NCBI RefSeq assembly: GCF_021513275.1
Contig: NZ_CP090978.1
Span: 5,187,247 to 5,251,246, forward strand
Source of the DNA: Paenibacillus hexagrammi
GTDB taxonomy: Bacteria > Bacillota > Bacilli > Paenibacillales > NBRC-103111
Reading direction: 5' to 3'
Length of the DNA stretch: 64,000 nt
Positions 29,701 to 36,596 of this stretch are shown here, piece after piece. A model generated the notes under the pieces. It was not told where the DNA came from. It was given only the letters and a program-made list of their open reading frames with translations, and ran no database searches. Made by a program: the position numbers and the translations under genes. Position 1 is the stretch's first letter. Every line of letters begins with the position of its first letter.

Positions 29701-30569
29701 GCTACTAATTGTTCAGCAAAATTCTGCGGATCCGGGATAGGACGATTAGCGATATCGCAATAAAAAACTTTGGTCTTGTCTAAGGCGTTTTCTCCGATCC
29801 TTTCATCAAATAGCGCTTGCAATAACCGCGTTTTACCAACTCCAGACAGGCCAACTAAACGTACTACAGATCCAGGCTTATTTAGAGTTACACGAAGATT
29901 GTTTATACCATCTTTAACAGATAGCCCTTCGGATAGACGTGTTGTACTACTATACAGACGAATGTGACCATCTGTAAGATACTCTTCGTTCAATTCTCCT
30001 AAGGGATTAGACCAATTCTCAAAAGGCCTCCAACCTTGAATCGGACGACCTATCTTACCTCTAACCCAAAGAATAAGTGAAGGATGACATCTCACCCAGG
30101 CAGCTACTCTATCCCGGTCATAAAAATCGAGTTTTATCGTTGCTGCATACGGACTGTCTGAGATTGCTTCCTGCATCGCCCTTCTTCTCTTCATAAGTGC
30201 TAAATCTGATGTAGAGCCTTGACTACTTACAATGATATATGCACCATTAGCAGCAGCTAATTCATTAATTACTTCGCGCAATTCTCCATCTGGGCGCATT
30301 TCTTCTTTTATTTTCGCGGATGGCATATCAGGTTTCTTTACTTGAAATCCAGTATTTGACCGTGGTATGTAACTATCATTATGAAATGTTGAGTTCAGTT
30401 CAACCCTAACATCTAATCCCCCATCTTTGGCATTATGATGTCCACCCCAAGTTACACCCGATGTTGGTAATCCTATAGAATACAATTCAGCCTCACATAA
30501 AAGTCCGATAAGTGCCCGAAGATCAACATCACTTAAGTGTTTTATATCTTCTCCAGAAATTTCAAGCAT
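26766..30569 (-). CDS. STAND-class NTPase (1267 aa) with N-terminal Mrr-like PD-(D/E)xK nuclease domain and C-terminal helical repeats; Avs-like anti-phage candidate
   Basis: N-terminal 'AKDGGLDVRVE...GFQVKK' matches the Mrr catalytic (DGG.D...Q.K) pattern. Walker A 'GLSGVGKTRL', Walker B 'LLAIDNC', then >800 aa of alpha-helical repeats. The gene is markedly AT-rich relative to its flanks. Confidence 0.5.
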   Translation of the reverse strand: MLEISGEDIKHLSDVDLRALIGLLCEAELYSIGLPTSGVTWGGHHNAKDGGLDVRVELNSTFHNDSYIPRSNTGFQVKKPDMPSAKIKEEMRPDGELREVINELAAANGAYIIVSSQGSTSDLALMKRRRAMQEAISDSPYAATIKLDFYDRDRVAAWVRCHPSLILWVRGKIGRPIQGWRPFENWSNPLGELNEEYLTDGHIRLYSSTTRLSEGLSVKDGINNLRVTLNKPGSVVRLVGLSGVGKTRLLQALFDERIGENALDKTKVFYCDIANRPIPDPQNFAEQLVATRKYSLLAIDNCPPSLHKPLTTICLANGSQVSLITIEYDVREDQPEETEVFRLEPASKEIVEKVIQIRFPHINEVCTRIVANFSGGNARIAIALCKTISHGDDVSHLKDEDLFTRLFLQRNEPSDDLFSVAKVCSLVYSFNCQIDQGKDGELEILSSIIGIPVLKLYQFVKELQRRELVQQRGIWRAVLPHAVANRLAKRALEDIPVEFILNIFGNRASERLMRSFSRRLRYLHDCKAAREISRMWLVEEGLLGDVLSLDSLGIDLLINVAPIDPEKTLEAIERAANKKGSEWFFSRENHHYLQITRLLRSLAYEKEMFIRSTDLLCHFALSERQNENQNSIRKSLQSLFYIKLSGTHATAVQRLSVIERLLYSKQNEKIELGFSLLSASLQAWSISSYNDFEFGAHSRDYGYFPQTNDGVIRWFKLFIDYAVNVSISDLGFSNKAMNLLAERFRELWVGVGMFDELYSAAITISKKFVWKEGWIAVKSILRYDNKEMSTEIIKQLEELERILIPSTLIERARLYAFSKGHPYDLIDVLEDDDEDPEKSYEMVDKITRSIGKEVGLNEEIYIELLPELLSESGNRLFYFGQGLAEGCSNPKMVWEILRIYLQKIDESKRNYQAVGGFLDELSLRDTQLCNDLLNTAVVDPVWSAAFPLLQSSTQLDSKGVERLKQSLVVGKAPMWMYRQLAYARRHEISDFELSELLTLISNNEEGITVSIELLYMRIHRQNVDQISKIIKESAYELISRYLFLRKDNSIHSLDSKLSTIIKICMKDRGSTELVRFLCSRLLKAFIEHDIYSTDYDDVLVALAATQPIVFMDTFLNEETIDDMYWIFHSIRPKNPLAHIDDEILLDWCKEEPTQRFITAASILMPYKSMEDNGVVCWTKLAKQFIIQAPSPVEVLNHFKESFRPPSWSGSLANILQTRLALLTELKGHENVMVAEWAIKEEVNFEQSIRKVREWEQTRDSNRNEAFE

Positions 30570-30735
30570 GATCAGCTGTCACCCCTATTTCAAACGACTA
30601 AATTCTCTTTTTTCAATACTAGGCTCATGTTATTTATCAAAATTCTTATTCTCCATTTATGAAAATTGTTTACTAGAACAAGAATAAACCGTCCTTTCAC
30701 TTATCTCGTGATAGACGGTAAAATTAAAACCGGAT

Positions 30736-31131
30736 TTATATTTTTATTAAAGAAACACCAAGCTCGTTTTGGACAAAATTCATATCGGAATCTCGAGACA
30801 ATAAAGTTAATTCATTAACCATAGCAGTTGCAATAATGATAGCATCAGGTGTTTTAAGCTTACGCCTTTTTGCTTTCTGCTCCCTACGAATGATCCCGGC
30901 TAGCTTTGCACTCTCCGAAGTCACCTCTAAACATCTCCTTGAGGTAAATAGCTTTTCTGCACGCAGTTGTTCCTCTGGTTTTAAACCCGCGAATACTTCA
31001 CATTCTGTAATCGTAGAAAAGTAGATAGACATTTTATCTCTCGCAGCTTGCTTGATAAAATCGATTACGTTTTTCTCGTTAATCAATATGGCTATCGCGA
31101 TATTTGTGTCAAGTAAATAACCTCGACTCAT
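30736..31131 (-). CDS. vapC: PIN-domain toxin VapC
   Basis: 'YLLDTNIAIA' N-terminal PIN acidic motif and 'DAIIIATA' C-terminal motif. Confidence 0.75.
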   Translation of the reverse strand: MSRGYLLDTNIAIAILINEKNVIDFIKQAARDKMSIYFSTITECEVFAGLKPEEQLRAEKLFTSRRCLEVTSESAKLAGIIRREQKAKRRKLKTPDAIIIATAMVNELTLLSRDSDMNFVQNELGVSLIKI

Positions 31132-31361
31132 GAATCCCATTCCTCACGTGAGCGTTTCACTTCATCAAGTAGTTCTTTGCCTCTGTCCGGTGTTAAAGTC
31201 CCCGCAGCCTCAAGAAGATCATCGATGGAATACTCATCATCTTCGGCTTCAACGGTTTGTCTTTCAAGATCAATGGTCACCCGGGAGTGAGTTATCTGAA
31301 ATTTTTGAAGCATAACTTTAATAGCATTTGCAGTTTGAAGATCAATCTTTTTGGGGATCAA
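31128..31361 (-). CDS. vapB: Putative VapB-type antitoxin
   Basis: Small acidic protein directly upstream of vapC with a 4-nt overlap. Confidence 0.45.
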   Translation of the reverse strand: MIPKKIDLQTANAIKVMLQKFQITHSRVTIDLERQTVEAEDDEYSIDDLLEAAGTLTPDRGKELLDEVKRSREEWDS

Positions 31362-31444
31362 CGGTATCCCTCCAATCCCTTTTTATATATTCATTATACC
31401 ACATGCTTTCATGCCACAGACACCAATACGCTCATGGCTCCCCC

Positions 31445-32557
31445 TTATCCTGCCTGCTTACCCCCACCTAACAGCGAATTCAGCTGCTCCAGCAGATTGC
31501 CTCCGCCTGTAAGTGAAATGGTGCCGATTTTCTCGCAAATTTTCTCAAGGAATTCGAGCTCCTTCAAGCGGAACAAGGTCTGGTTCTCGTCCATCAGCTT
31601 CGCTGTATTCAGCAGGCTGCGGGTGGAGGCTGTTTCTTCACGGCGGGTGATCAGGTTCGCTTGGGCTTTCTTTTCCGCTAGAAGCACAGTGTTCAAGATC
31701 TCTTTGATATCTCCCGGAAGGATGATGTCCTTGACGCCTGCGGAAAGGAATTTGATTCCGTACTCCTCGCTTTTGTCGTTCAGACGGGATAGCACAAAGG
31801 CCGCAATCTCCTGCTTCATCCGCAGCAGATCGTCAAGCTTCAAGGTTCCTACATACTCACGGAGAATCAGCTGCAGCAGCACATAGATTTGTTCCTCAAA
31901 GGATTTGATCTCCAGCGCACGCAGCGGATCCGTGATTTGGTACTGGCAGACGAAGTTCAGGCGAAGCGTCACTTTGTCTTCCGTCATGATTTCCTGCCCG
32001 GTCATATCCAGCTGCTGCCGCCGCAAATCTACGGTATTGACCGATGCTAGGACGGGTCCCTTCCAGAAGTAATACTTCCCCGGGGTGAGCTGCTTTTGCA
32101 TCACATTGTTGTAAAAAAGCATCCCTGTCTCGTAGTTGGCCACTTCAGACGTATAGAAATAGCCTGCGACCTTCGCCAGGATCGCTCGATCTATCTCAGG
32201 TCCAATCTCAGGCTGACGGATATCGACCCGAGTAAATTCATGGCGCTTCAGCACATTCCAGAATGCATATTTGCCTGCTGTCAAAAGCGATACGAACTTC
32301 CCATCTTCATAATGAAGCGCGTACTCATGATCCTGAACATGGATGACCGTAAGCTCGTCAAGCAGCCGCTGGTCTTGTAAAAATAGGTTCAAGTCTTTCC
32401 CTTGCACATGAAAAGGCTTGGTTACATTCAATAGCACGATTTCATCATCGGAAAATGGCGCAGGACGGTAAACGCCCGGCTGCAGACGCTTCATGTAGCT
32501 GCCTTTTTTAAAGAGTAAACCTCGTTCGTCGGATTTGACGATGTATCTTTTCAACAT
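31445..32557 (-). CDS. SPFH/band-7 (slipin/YdjI-like) domain protein without obvious TM segment
   Basis: The C-terminal half shows an SPFH pattern ('KLDDLLRMKQEIAAFVLSRLNDKSEEYGIKFLSAGVKDIILPGDIKE'). The N-terminal ~170 aa form an extra domain. Confidence 0.55.
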   Translation of the reverse strand: MLKRYIVKSDERGLLFKKGSYMKRLQPGVYRPAPFSDDEIVLLNVTKPFHVQGKDLNLFLQDQRLLDELTVIHVQDHEYALHYEDGKFVSLLTAGKYAFWNVLKRHEFTRVDIRQPEIGPEIDRAILAKVAGYFYTSEVANYETGMLFYNNVMQKQLTPGKYYFWKGPVLASVNTVDLRRQQLDMTGQEIMTEDKVTLRLNFVCQYQITDPLRALEIKSFEEQIYVLLQLILREYVGTLKLDDLLRMKQEIAAFVLSRLNDKSEEYGIKFLSAGVKDIILPGDIKEILNTVLLAEKKAQANLITRREETASTRSLLNTAKLMDENQTLFRLKELEFLEKICEKIGTISLTGGGNLLEQLNSLLGGGKQAG

Positions 32558-32841
32558 AATAGACCTCCCGCTACACGGAATGTGTGTGATTTGACCTTAT
32601 TTAAAGGGAATCCTCCTGTGTCCGATGCGGAGCCGATCTTAAGGATCATCATGCCTGTGCTTGACCGCAAAATGTGGGGATCTCGATGTGAACTCACCTT
32701 CAGCTCGCATACGCTCATCCTGCTATCTGGCGGGGTCGCACTTTGTTCTGATCCGGTATCCGCATGGCTGCAAAGCATCATTCTCAGTGCCCGCCCGAAG
32801 GTAGGCTGAGGGCTCCCGATAAGAGGTCTCATAGATTGTTC

Positions 32842-32915
32842 TTCTGCTCGATGAAAAGTCGAGTGCTCTACCACTGAGCGAATCGCTTGACAGGCGATAT
32901 GGGAATTGAACCCAT
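32842..32915 (-). ncRNA. Circularly permuted tRNA-like element (T-arm -> capped acceptor stem -> D-arm -> anticodon-like hairpin); candidate Y RNA-like (YrlA-type) RNA module
   Basis: The minus strand reads aUGGGUUCAAUUCCCAu (T-arm, TPsiC loop UUCAAUU), AUCGCCU-GUC-AAGCGAU (7-bp acceptor-like stem capped by a triloop), UC, GCUCAGUGGUAGAGC (canonical D-arm) and CUCGA-CUUUUCA-UCGAG (anticodon-like arm). The flanks can pair as UCUCA.../...UGAGA. Confidence 0.5.
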
Positions 32916-33095
32916 TCAACTTGTGAGAGTGCTGCCGAAAGCGGCGTTACAGAATACCTGTTCACAGAGTGACAAGTACTGCCGGATCATGTGGAGATCC
33001 TGACCTGGGTAACGAGCTTCCTCACAACACCCAAAATGTATAGTAAACAGCATGATTGCTGTAGTACCTGAAGGTAAGGTTTGAAAAGTTAATTA

Positions 33096-33964
33096 TCAAT
33101 CCTTGTAAGGATCAAATTCGTCGGCTCCCGCCATGCATACCCCGATCGGCTTCAACACATGAAGAATTTCGATGGTTTCCGAGTGAGCATCCAGGACCTC
33201 TTGCAGCTTCCGGTACACAAAAGGACTCTCATCCGTCCCCGCGCCGCGGAGCTCTACGCCGTACTTACGGACGGCTTCCAGCATTTGTTCTATGGAGATT
33301 TGACCGCCGCTGCGGGACTTCGTTTTCCAATTCATTTTGCCGGCAGCTTGGGTACGGCTCATAATTCTACCGGCTCCATGTACGGTGCTGTAATAAGCGT
33401 CCCTGTTCTCCGCGGAATCCTTCCCCTGTACGATGACCGATATGTCCCCCATACTTCCACCAATAAAGCCCAATTGTCCTGGCGCCGAAGGCGTTGCCCC
33501 CTTGCGAACCACTACCGTCTGCTTACCTTCGTGCTCCTCCATCCAGGCAAAATTATGATGATTGTGCACCTCGAATTCCGCTTCCGCGGATCATCGAACA
33601 GCTCATGATCGACCTTCTCACTATTAGCCCGCCCTATACCAAACGAAACTTTACGTGCAATCTCATCCATCCAGCGGCTCAAGTGAGGCATTGCCTCTTG
33701 AATGTGGATATTCGTCCGAACCGCCTTGTTCCCGCAGGCAATATCATAGCCGACACCCGAGGGTGAAATTTGCCCCTCATAGGCGATCACACCGCCAATC
33801 GGCTGACTGTACCCTTTGTGATGGTCCGCCATCAGCAGAGCTTGTGCCACGCGTCCGGTGCTCGCACACATTTTGGCTTGGGCCAGTGCGCTTTCATCCG
33901 CCTTGCCCCATACTCTCACGCCATCTATCGACTGATAAGCCATGATCATCTGCTCCTTTATCAC
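33096..33964 (-). pseudogene. rtcB: rtcB RNA ligase remnant: N-terminal and C-terminal parts present, ~150-aa central region deleted, plus a frame change
   Basis: N-part 'MADHHKGYSQPIGGVIAY...GVGYDIACGN' and C-part 'EFEVHNHHNFAW...GFIGGSMGD...STVHGAGRIMSRT' align to the ends of E. coli RtcB. The GNHF/HSGSRG central motifs are missing. Confidence 0.75.
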
Positions 33965-34215
33965 ATCAATCTTTCATGCTATTAAATAACCATCCGCTAA
34001 CATATATATCCCATTGTGCCGCTGCCTTCCATGTTGCATCAACCTTACTGCCTCCTTATTCCTTCAAGGAGAATCATCTGTTACTATCTTCGCCGAAATG
34101 AACGGTAATGAACATGGCGAAAGTATTACGACCATAAGGAATTATTTCCAATTCACCTTCTCTTTCTCCCCTGTTACAATTAGGAAAGAATTGGGATAGA
34201 GTCGGAGGAACTGCC

Positions 34216-34842
34216 ATGGCCAAGGAAAGCTTTGATAAAGAGATTCAATTCCTGCGTATGCTGGCGCTGACAAGCGGAGCCTACAGCAGGCAGCAATTCG
34301 CGGAGCGGCTGGGCATTTCTGTCCATACCTTTGATAAAACCATCCGCAAGCTTAAAGATGTCGTAACTACCCTCTACCAACGTCTGCCCGAAGAGCACAG
34401 CAAAGAATGGGAAGATACGCTTCAGTTCAAATATCGGGACTCAACCGATCCGATGCTCCTGTTTGTTTTCCGGGCCAAATCCGTAAAAGAATCGGAAAGC
34501 ATGCGCCTCTCGCTGATCTTGAGCGCCCTTAAGGAACAAGCGCTTACCGCTGCGGAGCTCATGGATCTATGCTCTGGTGAAATGCCTCCCGAGTCATCCC
34601 TGCCGGACGAAAAGACGATTCGAAGCGATCTCAAATATTTGGAAGAAGTCGGCGTCATTCAGCGGGAATCTCAAACCCGACCATACCGCTTCGGTATTCG
34701 GAACGACTTCCTTCAGGATTTAACGAATGAAGAACTCCTGGATCTGTATGATTTTGTAGATATCATGTCCAATACCCAAATTCCTTCCGTACAGGGCTAC
34801 CTGCTTCGGGAGGGCTTAAAAAAATCATTTTCTTCGAAATGA
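34216..34842 (+). CDS. HTH-domain transcriptional regulator (two wHTH-like segments), first gene of a WYL regulator cluster divergent from rtcB
   Basis: 'QFAERLGISVHTFDKTIRKL' and 'LTAAELMDLCSG...IRSDLKYLEEVGVI' helix-turn-helix-like segments. Confidence 0.5.
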   Translation: MAKESFDKEIQFLRMLALTSGAYSRQQFAERLGISVHTFDKTIRKLKDVVTTLYQRLPEEHSKEWEDTLQFKYRDSTDPMLLFVFRAKSVKESESMRLSLILSALKEQALTAAELMDLCSGEMPPESSLPDEKTIRSDLKYLEEVGVIQRESQTRPYRFGIRNDFLQDLTNEELLDLYDFVDIMSNTQIPSVQGYLLREGLKKSFSSK

Positions 34843-34858
34843 TGCAGCGAAGCATGTC

Positions 34859-35533
34859 ATGGAGCCATTTCAGTACAAGTATCACTATCCCTCCCGCATC
34901 CTGGATGAGGCCCATCTCTATCCGTTACTTGCTGCCATACGTAACCGGAGAAGAGTAACCTTTCTCTATTTCTCGCCCAAAACAAAGAAAAGCTACAGAG
35001 CCAAAAATACGAACCCCTTATTTGAACGTGAATCGGAGGGGGAGGGCAATCAAGTTGTGGCTACACCGCTGAAAATCGTCTACGACCATCAATATGGCCG
35101 GTGGTATTTGCTCGGTGTAGGCCGAACGGGGATTACCAAATTCCGTGTGGAGGGCATGACCCAAATTGAGGAGAAGGATGCTGTCGATGAACAGACCTTT
35201 CAAAGCCAGCTCGCCGCTTTAGAAAGAAGTATACAATACAGCTGGCTCATTGATACGGGACGAACCGTTACCGTGAAAGCCCGATTCTTTAAACCCGGTC
35301 CGTCAGACCAGGATTTTATTAAAGAGCGGGTTCTCCTCCAAGGGCAGTGGGGGCAAATCACTCAGGAAGATGAGCACTCGTTTATTTTCGAAATCGAGGT
35401 GAATGGGGTCTTGGAAATCAAGCCCTGGCTGCGAAGCTTCGGTTCGAGCTGCGAAGTGCTGGAGCCGGCGCATCTACGCCGCGAGATGATTGCCGAATGG
35501 AAGGAGATCCGCGCTTACTATGAATCTATTTGA
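34859..35533 (+). CDS. WYL-domain protein with WCX-like C-terminal extension
   Basis: 'YDHQYGRWYLLGV' WYL core and a C-terminal 'IKPWLRSFGSSCEVLEPAHLRREM' WCX-like segment. Encoded in a different frame from the upstream HTH ORF (16-nt gap). Confidence 0.65.
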   Translation: MEPFQYKYHYPSRILDEAHLYPLLAAIRNRRRVTFLYFSPKTKKSYRAKNTNPLFERESEGEGNQVVATPLKIVYDHQYGRWYLLGVGRTGITKFRVEGMTQIEEKDAVDEQTFQSQLAALERSIQYSWLIDTGRTVTVKARFFKPGPSDQDFIKERVLLQGQWGQITQEDEHSFIFEIEVNGVLEIKPWLRSFGSSCEVLEPAHLRREMIAEWKEIRAYYESI

Positions 35534-36326
35534 AAAGATTTTCAACTATCAAATTCTGTCGCGCTTAGAGGACTCCGGCACCTTCGTGGTCACCTCACAG
35601 GAACGGGCCTGGCTGCGGCTGATGCTTCAGCATCCTGCTGCCGCCGAAGCTTTCGCGCCGGATACGCTGCAGAAGCTTGCTGCCATGCTGGATGGAGACT
35701 CGCAGCTCGATGTATCGGGGCATCTGGTTGAAAAGGCGAATGTCTCCGAGCAGCCGGTATACCATCCGCTCTTGCGCCCGCTTCGGCGCCTAATTATGAA
35801 TCGATCAGGCATGCGAATTTCATACCGGTTAAAGAATGGGACGATTTGCTCCGAAGTAAGCGGACTTCCTTACCATTTAGAATATTCCATGGTCAAACGG
35901 GAATGGTATCTGCTCTGGTATCATCTCCGCCATCGTGCCTTCATGAGCACCAGACTGAACAAGATCGATTCCGTCAGCTACGAGTCCATCGACCCGGCTA
36001 CTGCCTCCGATCTTTTTGCATGGATTAAGCAAACGCTAGAAGCTAGAAAAACGGAAGTGACTGTCGAGGTAGACCGAGAGTATAACCGGGAATTATCACG
36101 GATTTTGTATGCTTTCTCCTGCTTCGACAAGGCGGTTGATTATGAGGAGAAGACGGATACTTACCGAATCCGCATTCGTTTGATGGGAGATGAGATGGAA
36201 TATTTGCTGTCTAAAATCCGCTTTCTCGGCAAGCGGGTGCGGGTCATCGAAGGCTGGTATTTGAGAAAACGGATGCTGGAGGCTTCGATGAAGGCTTTGG
36301 CGCGATATGGGGAATTGGCTGAGTGA
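35520..36326 (+). CDS. Second WYL-domain protein (PafC-like partner?)
   Basis: 'VKREWYLLWYH' WYL core and C-terminal 'GKRVRVIEGWYLRKRM'. Start set at MNLFEKIF, overlapping the upstream stop. Confidence 0.6.
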   Translation: MNLFEKIFNYQILSRLEDSGTFVVTSQERAWLRLMLQHPAAAEAFAPDTLQKLAAMLDGDSQLDVSGHLVEKANVSEQPVYHPLLRPLRRLIMNRSGMRISYRLKNGTICSEVSGLPYHLEYSMVKREWYLLWYHLRHRAFMSTRLNKIDSVSYESIDPATASDLFAWIKQTLEARKTEVTVEVDREYNRELSRILYAFSCFDKAVDYEEKTDTYRIRIRLMGDEMEYLLSKIRFLGKRVRVIEGWYLRKRMLEASMKALARYGELAE

Positions 36327-36332
36327 AAATGA

Positions 36333-36364
36333 GAAGCCTCTGCAGATTGATGCTGCAGAGGCTT
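36333..36364 (+). terminator. Hairpin copy 1 (GCCTCTGCAG-ATTGATG-CTGCAGAGGC) after the WYL gene
   Basis: Perfect 10-bp palindrome arms; no T-run follows. Confidence 0.35.
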
Positions 36365-36544
36365 CAAACCGTTGATAAAGGGAAATGGAGGGCTCAGTAG
36401 TTTTCGGAGAAGCGGTAGCGGGCGCCTTTGACAGTTTTGTTATCTCCTTATAAGGATCTTATTTCAATCGAATAACAAAATGTCAACAGCGCTCGGAGAA
36501 AAGCTACTGAAGCTCGGAATGACACCTGCTTTATCAACAAACTC

Positions 36545-36580
36545 AAGCCTCTGCAGATTGATGCTGCAGAGGCATTTTTT
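36545..36580. terminator. Hairpin copy 2 (identical palindrome) plus T6: bidirectional terminator between convergent genes
   Basis: Same 27-nt palindrome as at 36337, followed by tttttt and preceded on the other strand by a T-rich stretch. Confidence 0.6.
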
Positions 36581-36596
36581 AAAATGATAAGCGTTG

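Noticed and set aside
32842-32915. Standard tRNA gene or tmRNA
   Set aside because: The T-arm precedes the D-arm on the same strand, the acceptor stem is closed by a loop, and there is no 3' CCA context. This is incompatible with a linear tRNA or one-piece tmRNA.
32551-32965. Two overlapping small ORFs (122 and 80 aa) in the rtcB-SPFH intergenic gap
   Set aside because: They overlap the tRNA-like cloverleaf and have no RBS or coding periodicity. The ncRNA interpretation explains the region better.
34216-35533. Single frameshifted HTH-WYL gene
   Set aside because: The combined length (~430 aa) exceeds typical HTH-WYL-WCX regulators (~300 aa) and no homopolymer sits at the junction. The pair is kept as two genes, with low certainty.
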